Source of the DNA: the human T2T-CHM13v2.0 reference genome, Homo sapiens | Reading direction: 5' to 3' (one strand) | DNA length: 64,000 nucleotides | Assembly (NCBI RefSeq): GCF_009914755.1 | Contig: NC_060936.1 | In this document: piece by piece, positions 42,495 through 57,475 of the stretch | Layout of the letters: each line of letters begins with the position of its first letter | Numbering within the stretch: position 1 is the stretch's first letter | The notes under the pieces: model-generated | Told to the model about the DNA's origin: nothing | What the model saw: only the letters and a program-made list of their open reading frames with translations | The model's database searches: none | Made by a program: the position numbers and the translations under genes

Positions 42495-45400
42495 AAATAC
42501 TTCTGCTTTTTGTACGTTGATTTTGTATCCTGAAACTTTACTGAAGTCATTTATCAGCTCCAGGAGACTTTCAGAGGAAACTTCAGGGTTTTCTAGGTAT
42601 AGAATCATATCATCAGTGAAGAGAAATAGTCTGACTTCTCCATTTCCTATTTGGATGCTTTTCATTTCTTTCTCTTGATTGATTGCTCTGGCTAGGATTT
42701 CCAGTACTATGTTGAATATGGGTGGTGAAGGTGGGGATCCTTGTCTCATCCCAACTTTCAAGGGCAATGCTTCCAGCTTTTGCCCATTCAGTGTGATGTT
42801 GGCTGTCAGTTTGTCATAAATGGCTCTTATTATTTCGAGGTATGTTCCTTCAATGTCTACTTTGTTGAGAGTCTTTATCATGAAGTGATGTTGGATTTTA
42901 TTGAATGCTTTTTCCATTTCTAGTCAGATGATCACATGGTTTTTGTTTTTAATTCTCTTTATGTGGTGAATCACATTTATTGATTTGCTTATGTTGAACC
43001 AACCTTGCATCACAGGAATGAAGCCCACTTGATTGTAGTAAATTAACTTTTTAATATACTGCTGGATTTGATTGGCTGGTATTTTGTTGAGGACTTTTGT
43101 GTCTATTTTCATCAGGGATATTGTCCTATAGTTTTCTTTTTTCACTGTATCTTTACCAGGGTTTGGTATCATGGTGATGCTGGCTTCAGAGGATGAGTTA
43201 GGGAGGAGTCTCTCCTTCTCCATTTTTTGGAATAGTTTCAGTAGAATTGGTACCAGCTCTTCTTTATACATCTGATAGAATTTGGCTGTGAATTCATCTG
43301 ATTTGGGGCTTTTTTTGGTTGGTAAGTTTTTTATTACTGATTCAATTTTGGAACTCAATATTGGTCTATTCAAGGCTTTAATTTCTTCCTGTTTCAGTCT
43401 TGAGAGGTGGTCTGTTTCCAGAAATGTATCCATTTCCTCTGGATTTTCTAGTTTGTATGCACAGAGGTGTTCATAAGTCTCTGTTAATTTTTTGTATTTC
43501 TGTAGGATCGATTGTAATGTCTTTTTTGTTGTTTCTATTCTAGCTAGTGGTCTATACTGTTTATCCTTTCAAATAACCAACTTTTTGTTTCATTGATTCT
43601 TTATAGATTTTTGTGTCTCAATTTAATTCAGATCTTCTCTGATTTCGTTATTTATTTTCTTCTGCCAACTTTGGGGTTTGTTCTTGTTTTTTTTTAATAC
43701 CCCTAGGTGTGATGTTAGATTGTTTATTTGAGATCTTTCTAACCTTTTGAGATAGGCATTTAGTGCTATAAACTTCCCTCTTACCACTGCTTTTGCTGCA
43801 TGCCAGAGATTTCATTATGTTTTGTCTCTGTTTTCATTTATTTCAAAGAATTTTTTGATTTCTGCCTTAATTTCACTGTTTACCCAAAAGTCATTTAGGA
43901 GCAAGTTGTTTAATTTCCATGTAACTATGTAGTTTTGAGAGACCTCAGAATTGATTTCTGTTTTTATTCCACTATGGTCCAAGATTATGGTTGCTGTGAT
44001 TTCAATTTTTTTAAATGTTTTGAAACTTGCTTTATAGCCTAGCATGCAATCAATCTTAGAGTATATCTCATGTGCAGTTGAGAAGAATGTATATTCTGTG
44101 GTTGTTGGATGAAATAGCCTGTAGATGTTTATTAAATCCAATTGGTCAAGTGTCAATTTTAAGTCCAGAATTTCTTTGTCAGTTTCTGCCTTGATGATCT
44201 GTCTTACATAGTCAGTGGGTGTTGAAGTTCCTCACTGTTATTGTGTGGCTGTCTGAGTCCTTTCGTAGGTCTAGAAGTACTTGTTTCATGAATCTGGGTG
44301 CTCCAATATTAGGTGTATATATATTTAAGATAGTTAAGTCTCCTTGTGAATTGAACCCCTTATCATTATATAATGCCTGTCTTTGTTCCTTTGTACTTTT
44401 GTTGGTTTAAAGTCTGTTTTATCTGCTGTAAGAATAGTGACCGCTGCTCTTTTTTAATTTCTTGTTTGTGTGATTTTTCTCCTACCCTTTACTTAGAGCT
44501 TATGTATATCATTACATGTGAAATCAGACTCTTGAAGATAGCAGATGGATGGGTCTTATTTTTTTATCCAATTGGCAACTCCGTGCCTTTTAGGTGAGAC
44601 ATTTACATTCAAGGTCAATATTGATATATGAGGTTTAGATGCTATTGTGAAGTTCTTAGCTGGTTGCTTTGTAGTTTCCATTGTGTGCTTGCTTTATAGG
44701 GTCTATGGTCTGTGTAATATTCCATGGTGTATTTGTACCACATTTTCTTTATCCAATCCACAACTCATAGGCACCTAGGTTGATTCAACGTCTGCTATTG
44801 TAAATAGAACAGTGACAAACATATGACTGCATGTGTCTTTTTGGTATAATGATCTATTTTACTTTGGATATATACCCAGTAATAGGTTTTCTGAGTTGAA
44901 TGATAGTTCTGTTTTAAATTCCTTGAGAAATCTCCATAGTGGTTTCCACAGGGAACTGCTTTTCTACACTGTACTTAAATGTATTTCTGTGGTAGCAGGT
45001 ATTGTTCTTTCTTTTCCACATTTTGAACTCCCTTGAGGATCTATTTTAAGGCTAGCCTAGTGGTAAAAAAATTCCCTTAGGACTTGCTTGTCTGGAAAAT
45101 ATTTTATTTCTCTTTTAATAAGCTTAGTTTGGTGGGATATGAAATTCTTGGCTGGAATTTTTCTTTAAGAATGCTAAGAATAGGCCCTCAATCTTTCCTG
45201 GCTTGTAAGGTTTCTGCTAAGAAGTCCACTGTTAGCTTGATGGGATTCCCTTTGTACATGATCTGACCTTTTTCTGTAGATGCCACTACGATTATTTCTT
45301 TAGCACTGACCTTGGACAATCTGGTAACAATATGCCTTGGTGATGTCAGTTTTGTATAGTATCTCACAGGCATTCTCTGGATTTCTTGTATCTGGATGTA

Positions 45401-46443
45401 TACCTGTCTAGCAAGATTTGAAAAATTTTCTTAAATTATTCCCTCAAATGTGTTTTTCAGGTTGTTTACTTTTTCTCCCTCTCTCTCAGGAATGCCAATA
45501 ATTCACAGGCTTGGTTGCTTGACGTAATCCTACATTTCTCAAAGACTTTGTTCATCTTTAAAAAGTTTTTCTCTATTTTTGTCTGACTGGGTTTGTTGAA
45601 AAGATTGGTCTTCAAGCTCTGAAATTCTTCCTTCTGCTTGGTCTAGTCTATTGATAAAGCTTTCCATTGCATTTTGAAGTTCCTTAAGTGAGTTTTTCAA
45701 TTCCAGAAAATTTGACAGATTTCTTTTTAAGATGTTCATCTCTTCCTACATTTCTTGGATTGCTTTAGAAGTTTCTTTGTGTTAATTTTCAACCATATCT
45801 TGGATATTGTTAAGCTTTCTTGCAAGCCATGCTTTGAATTCTTTGTTTGTCATTTCTGAGTTTCCATTTTGGTTAGCAACCATTGCTGGAGAGCTAGTTA
45901 ATCCTTTGGTGGTGTCACTACATTCAAATTTCTCATGGTGCCATAATTCTTATGCTGGTTCCTTTTAATCTGAAATTTCTGGCACTTCTGATTTGTGTAA
46001 TTATCTTGTGGGTAGGATTACTTTTTCTTTCTTTCTCTATAATATTATTGGATTTTTGTTTTCCCTATCCTCCACCCACCAAGGGAGTGTGACTGTAGAG
46101 AATGTTGGGTAGGGTCTTTTGGCATTGCTTTTATAGCCCTACGCACTTCTGTTGGAAGATTGTATTCTGTTGGGCTGTGCAGTTTGACCTGTAAGCTAGT
46201 AGAAAGTAGAATGCAGTTATGGGTATATACTTATGTATATATTTAGTCCTTACGTACTGGGCGAAGTTCTCCATTGCCTCAGGCAATGGGCTGATCTATG
46301 GAGTGCACAGTGGTCTGAGCTCCCTGTTCAGGGGAGTGGGAGGAAAGATGGGCAGGGCCAGAACAGGTAGGCCCACCTACAGGTACCCCAATGACAGGCA
46401 CAGGCACCAGCACAAAAGGAGAATTCAGTGAGCAGCCACCAAG

Positions 46444-47175
46444 CACCTAGAGTTGTGCCTATGTGTAGAACTGGGAAACTTTCTTGGCCCCAAGTTCTCT
46501 TGGCCCCAAGTTCTGTACAGGGAGGAGAAGTGGTCTAAACTCCTAATGCAGGAGAATGGGTGTTCCAGATGCTTGGTGATCTGCCTGGGCATAGAGTGGA
46601 CAGAGTCCTCCCTGCTTCACTGTGGCCTCTGCACAGAAAGGGTGGGCCAGCTCAGGCTGCTGATTCAGGCCAGCAGGTGCTCTGTCTGGAGATCTGCCTG
46701 GGTGTAAAACAGAGATGGCCCTCTGCACAGGAGGCATGGGCAATTTAGGCTGCTGATTCAGATAAGTGTATGCTCCAAATGCCTGGAGATTGGCCTGGGA
46801 ATGGAGTGTAGAGGGCCCTGCTTCCCCATGATCTCTGCACAGGAAAGGTGGGACAGCTCAGGCTACCAATCTGGGCAAGCAGTTGCTTTGAATGCCTGGA
46901 GATCTAGCTGCACATAGAGTGGAGAGGGCCTGCTATATCTCAATCTATGCCCAGGAAGGGTGGGGCAGCTCAGGATGCTGGCTTAGGCAAGCAGGTGCTC
47001 CAAATGCCTGGAGTTCTGCCTGGGGGTAGAGTGAAGGGGGACTCACTGCACCACAATCTATGTCCAAGAAGAGGGGGGAGGCTCAGGCTGCTGAACCAGG
47101 CAAGCAGGGGTTCTGAATGCCTAGAGATCTGCCTGGGTGTGGAGCAGACAGGGCCCCACTGCACCACAATCTCAG
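46444..47175 (-). repeat. ~113-bp tandem repeat (6-7 copies) in the L1PA15/16 5'UTR
   Basis: Anchor tgcctggagatctgcctggg at about 46444, 46570, 46683, 46780, 46893, 47005 and 47118. Confidence 0.9.
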
Positions 47176-48966
47176 AGGAGCAGGCCGGGGCAGCCAGCAA
47201 TGACACACACAGATCAGTTCCAGGTCTCCAAGCTGGCCCCAGTTGCAAGTCTCATTGCCCAGGAGAAACCACAACTGTAGCAGCTCTCCTACCACCCAAG
47301 GCCTGCAACAGGGAGAGCACAATTCCAGCACCTACTGCTGAGGTGTTTTCCACAATTCTGGCTGTGGAGGTCCCACTCCAGGGGGGTTGCTCCAATCTCT
47401 GGCCCGAGAAAAATGCCTGCATGGCCACATTGCCAGGTCACCAAAGAATGACTGACTTTGTATGCATCTGGTTTAAAAATTGAATCCTGCTCTCCCTCCT
47501 AGGTCTGGGAAAATGCCTGCAACGTTTCCAGTGTCCTTCCCTCTCAGCATCTCCAAGCCTCTCCCCAAGTTAGCTCCAGGGCTTGGGAGGAACAAAATGC
47601 TCTCCTGCAGCCTGGGATGCTCACATCCCCAGTGGAAACGTAAGTCACAGAGGGAGGCTTTCTGCCTCTCTCATGTACTGAGGCTTCACGCACTTCTATC
47701 AGTGTGTTTGAGAGAATGCTGTTTGCCTGCATTCTCCTCCCCAGGGTCTAAGACCTCCAACTCTTTTTGTTTTCCAAGATGGTAGATGACAGGCTTTTAG
47801 TGTGCCCCAGCCACTCAGAAATTTCTTAAAAGTTGGAGGTCTTAATTACCTAAATAACTCCCTCAATTCTTTATGTTCTAATAAAAGCCCATGTAAGTGT
47901 TTCTGCTTGGGGAAAATGCTTGCTGTTTTTAAAATCCCTCATTCTAAATCTATTAGTTTATTTTCTGTATAGGAGGCAAGAAGAATTTCTGTGCTCAAAG
48001 TACTTAATATTGAATAATCTTTTTTGGTCCTTTCTTTACTTCACCCCAGATGATGGTGAAGAAAAAATCACTCTGACAAAATTTTTGCCAAGTTTCTATT
48101 ATTTATTAAGGTATTTGTGGTCCCTGCTGACATAGAGAATAGACCTTTCACACGTCAACAGTTTTGGAGGTACAGTACCCACCTCAACATACAGGTATTT
48201 GTGGAATAATCCCGGTTCACTGCTCTAAAAGGACTTCCCTTCAGCCACTAATCCATTTAGCATATAATTAAAGAGCTTTAAAAATCATCAGTCATCTTGC
48301 TTAGGGTAAGTAATAATTTATGCCAAGGGAGTTGGAAGAAATGCTGATTTCATTTATTTTATCTCCTTGGAGGGAAGGTGGACTGATAAAACCCTGTGCA
48401 AGATGGTAAATTTTTAAACTTATTCGTAAGGCTAAATTAAAACAGCAGACACACTGATGATTTGTGAATATTCTTTAATCTCTCTATGTCCTCCTTTTTG
48501 GGGGGAAAAAGTTTTACATAAATGTAACACCACCTCCCAATTTTCCCTCATTTGTAATGGTTGAGTTTTTTTTAATGTTTTTTGAAGCCAGCATCTTCTC
48601 TATTTTTTTCATTAATGAATAAATAATATATGTATAGCAGATATTTGAAATTTAGATATAGTTAGGTTGAGTAAGTGCTGGTTCACCCACATATTTTCCT
48701 TCTAAAAAATAATACTGCAGCTCCACTTAGGAGAAATGAGCCCTCTCTATGTAGTTAATCATTTGTGTAAGTGCAAGGTGGGCTGGGAGATAGGATACAC
48801 ATGCTTCAGGAGTCTGGAAATACTAAAAGAAAGTGCAGGCTGAGCATCATTAATTTGCACTGAGGACACAGGGTAAGCAGGATGGGCCTACCTGAAGGCT
48901 TTAAAATTAACTTAGCCTTACCTTTAGAAGAGGTATGTTGAGATCATTTTTGCAATGTTAGAAATA

Positions 48967-49565
48967 CAGTCAGTCCTCACTTAACATCATCAATAGATTA
49001 TTGGAAACTGCAACTTTCAGCAAGATGGTATAATAAAACAAATTTTACACTAGGTTAATTGAAATAAACAAAAATTAAGCTTCTATAACATATTTCTGGT
49101 CAAAAAACATCACCAAACTTTTAAGTAAAGACCAAAACACTTGTAATATTAAGCATTGAAGTAAATGTGAGCTATACATACATTTAAGAAAGAAAAATAA
49201 AAACAATTAAGATCATTATTTACCCAATTATTCCAGTTCATGGCCAAGGGTAGCAGACAGGGCCCAAGGCAGGAACCATCCCTGGACAGGAAACCATTCC
49301 AGTGCAGTGTACACATACATACAAACACACACACACACACACACACACACTCAGGCTGAGACAATGTAGTCACACCAGTGAACCTAATGTGCACAGCTTT
49401 GGGTTGTGGGAGCAAACTGGAGTAGTCAGAAAAAACCCACATGGATTTCGGAGGGTGTGTAGACTCAACATAGACAGTGGCCCCTGCCAAGAATCAATTT
49501 TGTTTTCTCATTTATGTTATAACAAAGCAACATTGAATGAAATTATGTTATTTGATGACCTGCTG
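48967..49565 (+). mobile_element. MER82 (TcMar-Tigger) with an internal (CA)n
   Basis: TA-cagtcagtcctc ... gacctgctg-TA. Contains 'caaggcaggaaccatccctggacagg'. Strand uncertain. Confidence 0.85.
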
Positions 49566-50369
49566 TATAAAAATATCAATTGTGCAACAGTATCTTCTTT
49601 TTTAAAAAAAAAAAAAGAGCTAAAATAAAATATTTAAATTAAGATTCAAATACATTCTTTTATTCATTGAACAAATGTCAATCGAGTATTAACGAGCAAG
49701 AAACTGTGCTATGGGGTATTCAAAGATGTGGAATGAGCAAATGATTTCAAGTCTATATTTCTCCACTGTGAGTCCTTAGATACTCAAATCTCTTCACAGT
49801 TCTCTTTATTCTTCTCTAAAAAATGGAAGTGTTTGTATATTAATAGGATGCACATGCTTTAGAAGTCTTGCATATAAAAAAACTAATTTAAACAGACTAA
49901 GACAGGAAAGGAGGCTCATTAAGAAGCCAAGGCATCATTCTGACATTGAGTTCAGTTTTATCCAAGAACTTGAACCATGACACCAAGATTCTCCACTTCT
50001 TGGCTTTGCCTTGTGCTGTTAGCTCCATTCTCATGCACTCCACAGTTATCCTTGGTCTGGCTCACACAGTCCCCACCACTTGCCAACCCAGTAGAAAGAG
50101 CACCCGCCTTTTTCCTAATATCCAAATATGTCTTTGCATCTCATTGCTTTGACTGCATGGTGTGCTACTCGCTGCCTATAGCTGGGAAAATGTGATGCAC
50201 ACGTGTAAAGTCCAGGGGGACAACAACTACCCTGAAGAGGTTGGAGCACAGTTAGTTATGCAGAGAAACCAGGCCGCTGTTGTAGAAAGAAGAACGAAGA
50301 AATGCTGGTTTGCCAAAATGAAACTTTCAGGCAAGATCATCTCAATGATTCCTTCTGGTGCTGCTCTTC

Positions 50370-51168
50370 TGTGATGGGCTGAATTATGTCTCCCCAAAAT
50401 TCATATATTGAAGCCCTAATCCCCAGTATTTCAGAATGTGACCATATTGGGAGATAGGGCCTTTAAAAGAGGTGATTGACATTGATTGAGGTCATATGGG
50501 TACGCTTTAATCCAATCTGACTGGCATCCTTATAAGCAAAGGATATTAGGACACATTGAGAGACACCAGGGATGTGTGTGCACAGAGAAAAGACTGCATA
50601 AGAACACAGTGAGAAGGCAGCTGATATGTTTTGGATCTGCGTCCCTGCTGAAATCTCATGTTGAATTGTAATCCCCAGTGTTGGAGGTGAGGCCTAGTGG
50701 GAGGTGACGCCTGGTCAGGGGTGGCTGGATCATGGGGCGGATTTCCCCTTTGTGCTGCTTTCATGATAGTGAGTTCTCAAGAGATCTGGTCATTTAAAAG
50801 TGTGTAGCACTTACCCTGCCCCCTTGCTCCTGCTCCTGCCCTGGAAGGTAAGCCTGCTCCCGCTTCACCTTCCACCATGATTGGAAATTTCCTGAGGCCT
50901 CCCCAGAAGCAGAAGCTGCTATGCTTCCTGTACAGCCTGCATAACTGTGAGCCAATGAAACCTCTTTTCTTTATAAGTTACCCAGTCTCCAGCATTTTTC
51001 TATAGCAATTTGAGAATGGACTAAGACCATAGCCACCCTCAAGCCAAAATCTGCCAATACCATAGTGTTGGACCTCTGCCCTCTGGAACTGTAAGAAAAT
51101 AAATTTCTGTTGTTTAAGCCACCCAGTCTATGGTCATTGTGCTATGGGAGGCCCAGCAGACTAATACA
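50370..51168 (+). mobile_element. MaLR LTR (MLT1B-like), split by an MST LTR
   Basis: tgtgatgggctgaatt...gactaataca with 5-bp TSD tcttc (50365-50369 / 51169-51173). Confidence 0.9.
50622..51029 (+). mobile_element. MSTA/MSTB LTR nested in MLT1B
   Basis: 'tgatatgttttggatctg...aaatctcatgttgaattgtaatcccca...cttcctgtacagcctgca...gagaatggactaa'. Confidence 0.9.
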
Positions 51169-52279
51169 TCTTCTGAATAAGACATGAACTTTTCCTACCA
51201 GATCTTCACTCTATTTTTAGAGAAAATACATGTGCAGCCCTAACCTTTCTTCATCTCCACCACATACACACACAACACATGTACACGCATTCTAAATACC
51301 CAGCTACAAGGTACTTATCTTGACAAATGCCATGTGAATGACGCAGCCGGCCAAGAAAGAGAAGGCACTGTCCCTATTTTCAGGTGCTTCTAGTTAAATC
51401 CTGAAATTAAGGAGAAGATGAGACTACATACACAGGCTAAAGGAGTGGTTCTCAACTGGGTCACTGGGTTCAAGGCATGCTGGGTATGTTTCTCAAAATG
51501 TTTATCGTAGTAAACATTTGACCACCCTGCATTCGAAACTTCTTATTCGTGAAGAATTGTCCACCTTATAGATACCGTTAGAGAAGCTGATAGTGACAGC
51601 TTCCTGCCTTCCCTGCCTTCCTTGCAGCTAGGAACAGGAAGAAACCTAAGTTCTGCTAACTACACACACCTGCCTGGACTAAATCTATAGTTAGAGACAA
51701 AGAAGACAGAACTGGAGGGACTCTCTGGAAGTAGCAATATTGCCAGCAGTAAGAGAGGGTTTCTGGAGTAGAAAATGGCAGCACTGGAAAGTGCTAGGTG
51801 TCGGCTGGGTCCACAGTACAAGCTGCAATAATATCTGGGCTCTGTCCTGACAGGGCCTGTCTGCTGCATGATTCCAGACAACATTACTGATCCCTGTCCA
51901 GCCTCGGACCTCATTGTCCAGCCTTCCAGTGATTAGACAAGCTACCCCACATCTATCTAACAAATTTGTTTTCTGCTCACAATTAGCCCTTCTGCGCGTG
52001 AACAAAAAACCCTGACATTCCTCCTTAAATGAGCTCTTTACTGCCCCAACTATCCAAAATATCGTTTTATGTATTTTCGTTGCTACAAAAGGTGTTGCAT
52101 GGCTCTGAGTTGCTCTACCATGACAGTATATATCTTCATTTAAAGCAAAAATATATTTTAAATATTGATGTCAGTTGCATATCTATGAACTGTGTGATGT
52201 GCAGAAATCTGAAGAAACAGTGTGTTAGAGCATGGATGGATCACTCAGTTTCTGGAGGAAGAGTAGATATAGACTAGGG

Positions 52280-53152
52280 CAATGGCAACCCATCAGGTGA
52301 TCACTAGAATCTTCTGAAAGCTTTTGTTTTCAAATAAAGATGCCAAGTTCTGCCCCCAGAGAAGCTTGTACATCTAGAGTATAGTTCAGGAATATGAGTT
52401 TACATAATTCTCCCTAGAGTCAGATGATACTGTCCAAATTGACCAAATAGGAATAAAGATTCTAGTTGTGAAGGTAAACAATTAGAGGACTAACATATAA
52501 ATAACAAAATTGAGGAAAGGTGGGATAGAGGAGGAACAATTATATGAAAGCTAAATACCTTAATTTTCATGATGAGGAGTCAATAGTGACTAAAGCTGAT
52601 AAATTAAGAAATAGACTTACAGGTATATTACTCAGAATTATAGCAGCAACCATTAGGAAAAACTACAACTGAAACTTTTTTAGTTTCTGGCTTATCTCAC
52701 TCCGTCCCACAGTCGCTTCCTGTCCATTATGCTCTTTTTATCCCATACCTCTTCATACTTTCCATCTATTATCCTTTTATTTGTTTATTTCAAAAGTTAT
52801 AGTAAGCCCCGATAGACAAGAATTTCATCTGTCCTGTTCACTGTGTCCCCCCCAGTTTGAACAGTGCCTGATATATAGCACATGCTTAATAAATCTTTGA
52901 TGAAGGAAGAAGGAAGGAAGGAAGGAAGGAAGGAGGGAAGGAAGGAAGGAAGGAGGGAGGGAGGGAGGGAGGGGAAAAGACAGGCATAAGGTACAAAGCT
53001 CTGAGGAATATAAAAAGGATGGCAGAATTTTACATTTTATGTAATGCTATTTGAACCATTTGAACATTTTTTACCATAAAAATATATTATTTTCTAATAA
53101 AAATTTAAATTCTCCCCTAGTAGTTCTGATGAATAGCCAGAATTGAGCACTG
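52280..53152. mobile_element. MER5A (hAT) split by an L1ME-like fragment, which itself contains an L2 tail and a GGAA repeat
   Basis: 8-bp TSD gactaggg (52272-52279 / 53153-53160). Inner TSD aattctccc(c)tag (52406-52417 / 53108-53120). Confidence 0.75.
52902..52974 (+). repeat. (GGAA)n/(GGGA)n microsatellite at an L2 tail
   Basis: Visible directly after 'gtgcctgatatatagcacatgcttaataaatc'. Confidence 0.95.
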
Positions 53153-54602
53153 GACTAGGGCATCAATGAAAATACTTAGAAAGTCAGAGGAAAGTTTGGA
53201 ATTAGCTATGGGGGAAAGCTGCTGATTTTATTGGCAGGTTTTTTTAGTATCCCATTTTTTATTTTATTAGTATTTGATTACTAGGCTTTCCCCTATGTCA
53301 TGTGATGTGAGTAGCCCCGGAAAGAGAGTACCCAATCTTTGCCTAGATAACTTCACAATTATCCATTCTTTTATTCAAAATTCTTCTCCAGATTGATTAT
53401 TCTGGTAAAAATGTAAACACTCCATAGGGGGTTAATACATATTATGTAATTAATATCCTAGTATAAACTTCTATCATTGTTTAATCACCTTCTCACCCTG
53501 TATAAATGCCAAAGCACAGAATAAGAACGGGATATACCTCTCTACAGGATCCCCATTACAGATGTTTTGTGCGATGCAGGACATGAGTTTGACCTCTTTA
53601 ATCACTTGCCATTACACGCAGTTGAAAGCAAATATGGAACATACAGCTCCATCCTTTCTTCTCTTTTCAGAAGCTGACTTTAATACCAAAGTAGTAAGGC
53701 TCTTTGCAGAGCTTGCTGCATATGTACAAGAACTCAATTTGGAGCAGTCTCAGATATTCAAGTTTACTGATAATTCAGCATGTTAAAGGGAAGAGGAAAT
53801 AAGTGAGTGCCAATGGCTTGTCCCTGCTCATGTCCTCTTGTATCTGCTCTGCCCTGAAAGAGAAGAAGGCTCAAATATACTGAAAAGGCTGCCATGGGCA
53901 TATATGGAGACTGCCATGGACATTTTCAAAATCACTTCCCCTAAGTGGGGAATCTCTTCAACCCCAAATAATACAGATCCAGAGCTAAGGACTCAGAGGG
54001 ACCCAAGGCTCTGGAAGCACAGGGTCAGGTCTCAGGACTTATCATGCAGGCTTCTGAAAGTAACAAGGTCACATCACATTAATTAGCTGTTTCATTCATT
54101 TTCAGGTAAGACAGTTGCTTTTCTTCTACATACTCTCCAATACATACAAGATGTGAATCTAAACACTACAACGCTATTTTTAAAAAAATTAAACCTATCA
54201 GAATTCTACATCCAAATAAGGTTGACCCATGTAAATACTTACCTTGGGAAACAAAGCATTCATTTCAATGATGTGTCATATCTCAGAACATTGTCAGAAG
54301 TCGCCCTTGGAAATTGCCTTCAGAAACTATAGTACATTTTTTTAGAGTTCACAATAATAGAAAGTAGTTCTTCAGAAATATAATCGACTTAGAACAGCTA
54401 TTCTCAAAATTTGGGGTCCCATGGTCATTTTACACAGGTAAAAATTATGGAGTATCCCAAAGAGTTTTTGTTCATGTGAATTATATTATCAATATTTGCC
54501 ATATTAAAAATTAAAGTAGAAATTTTTTAAATATTTATTGATTAATCCATTTTTAAATAGCAATGTAAATCGATTATATGTTAACAGAAAAACATTTTTA
54601 TT

Positions 54603-57109
<2,507 letters not shown>

Positions 57110-57229
57110 AAATCACTGTTTTCCCAAACAAAAAAAATTTGAGACAAGTAGCATTATTTTATATTTTTTATGTAAATATTATATTAATATCTTGCTCAGT
57201 AGAACACAGATTTTTATATGTGCTTCTGC

Positions 57230-57475
57230 CTTCAATCTGTTATAATATTATTTTAATTAAAGTATATAAAGAAAATCCAGATTCTCACACATATGTAGTT
57301 GAAGAGTGGATTGTTTCAATAGTCTTTTCAGGTAATTATGATAACCTTCTTTGATATTATGCCAAAACTCAACAAGTGGTACTTCCTTAATGGTTAGGTG
57401 CAAAGTGAAATCTGAAACTACATCAATAAACTTTTCATACTCTGTTACATTAAAATCCACTAGTTTATCTTGCAC
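57230..57475 (-). pseudogene. hAT transposase C-terminal (dimerisation domain) remnant of Charlie1
   Basis: 'EYEKFIDVVSDFTLHLTIKEVPLVEFWHNIKEGY' matches the Buster/Charlie hATC pattern, then frameshifts. Confidence 0.75.

Noticed and set aside
46444-47175. Regularly spaced ~20-bp motif resembling a CRISPR array
   Set aside because: The 'spacers' are homologous to each other, so it is a tandem repeat within an L1 5'UTR in a mammalian genome.
46947-47483. 178-aa ORF antisense to the L1 5'UTR (ORF0-like?)
   Set aside because: It arises from GC-rich tandem monomers. No resemblance to the ORF0 peptide of young L1PA elements.
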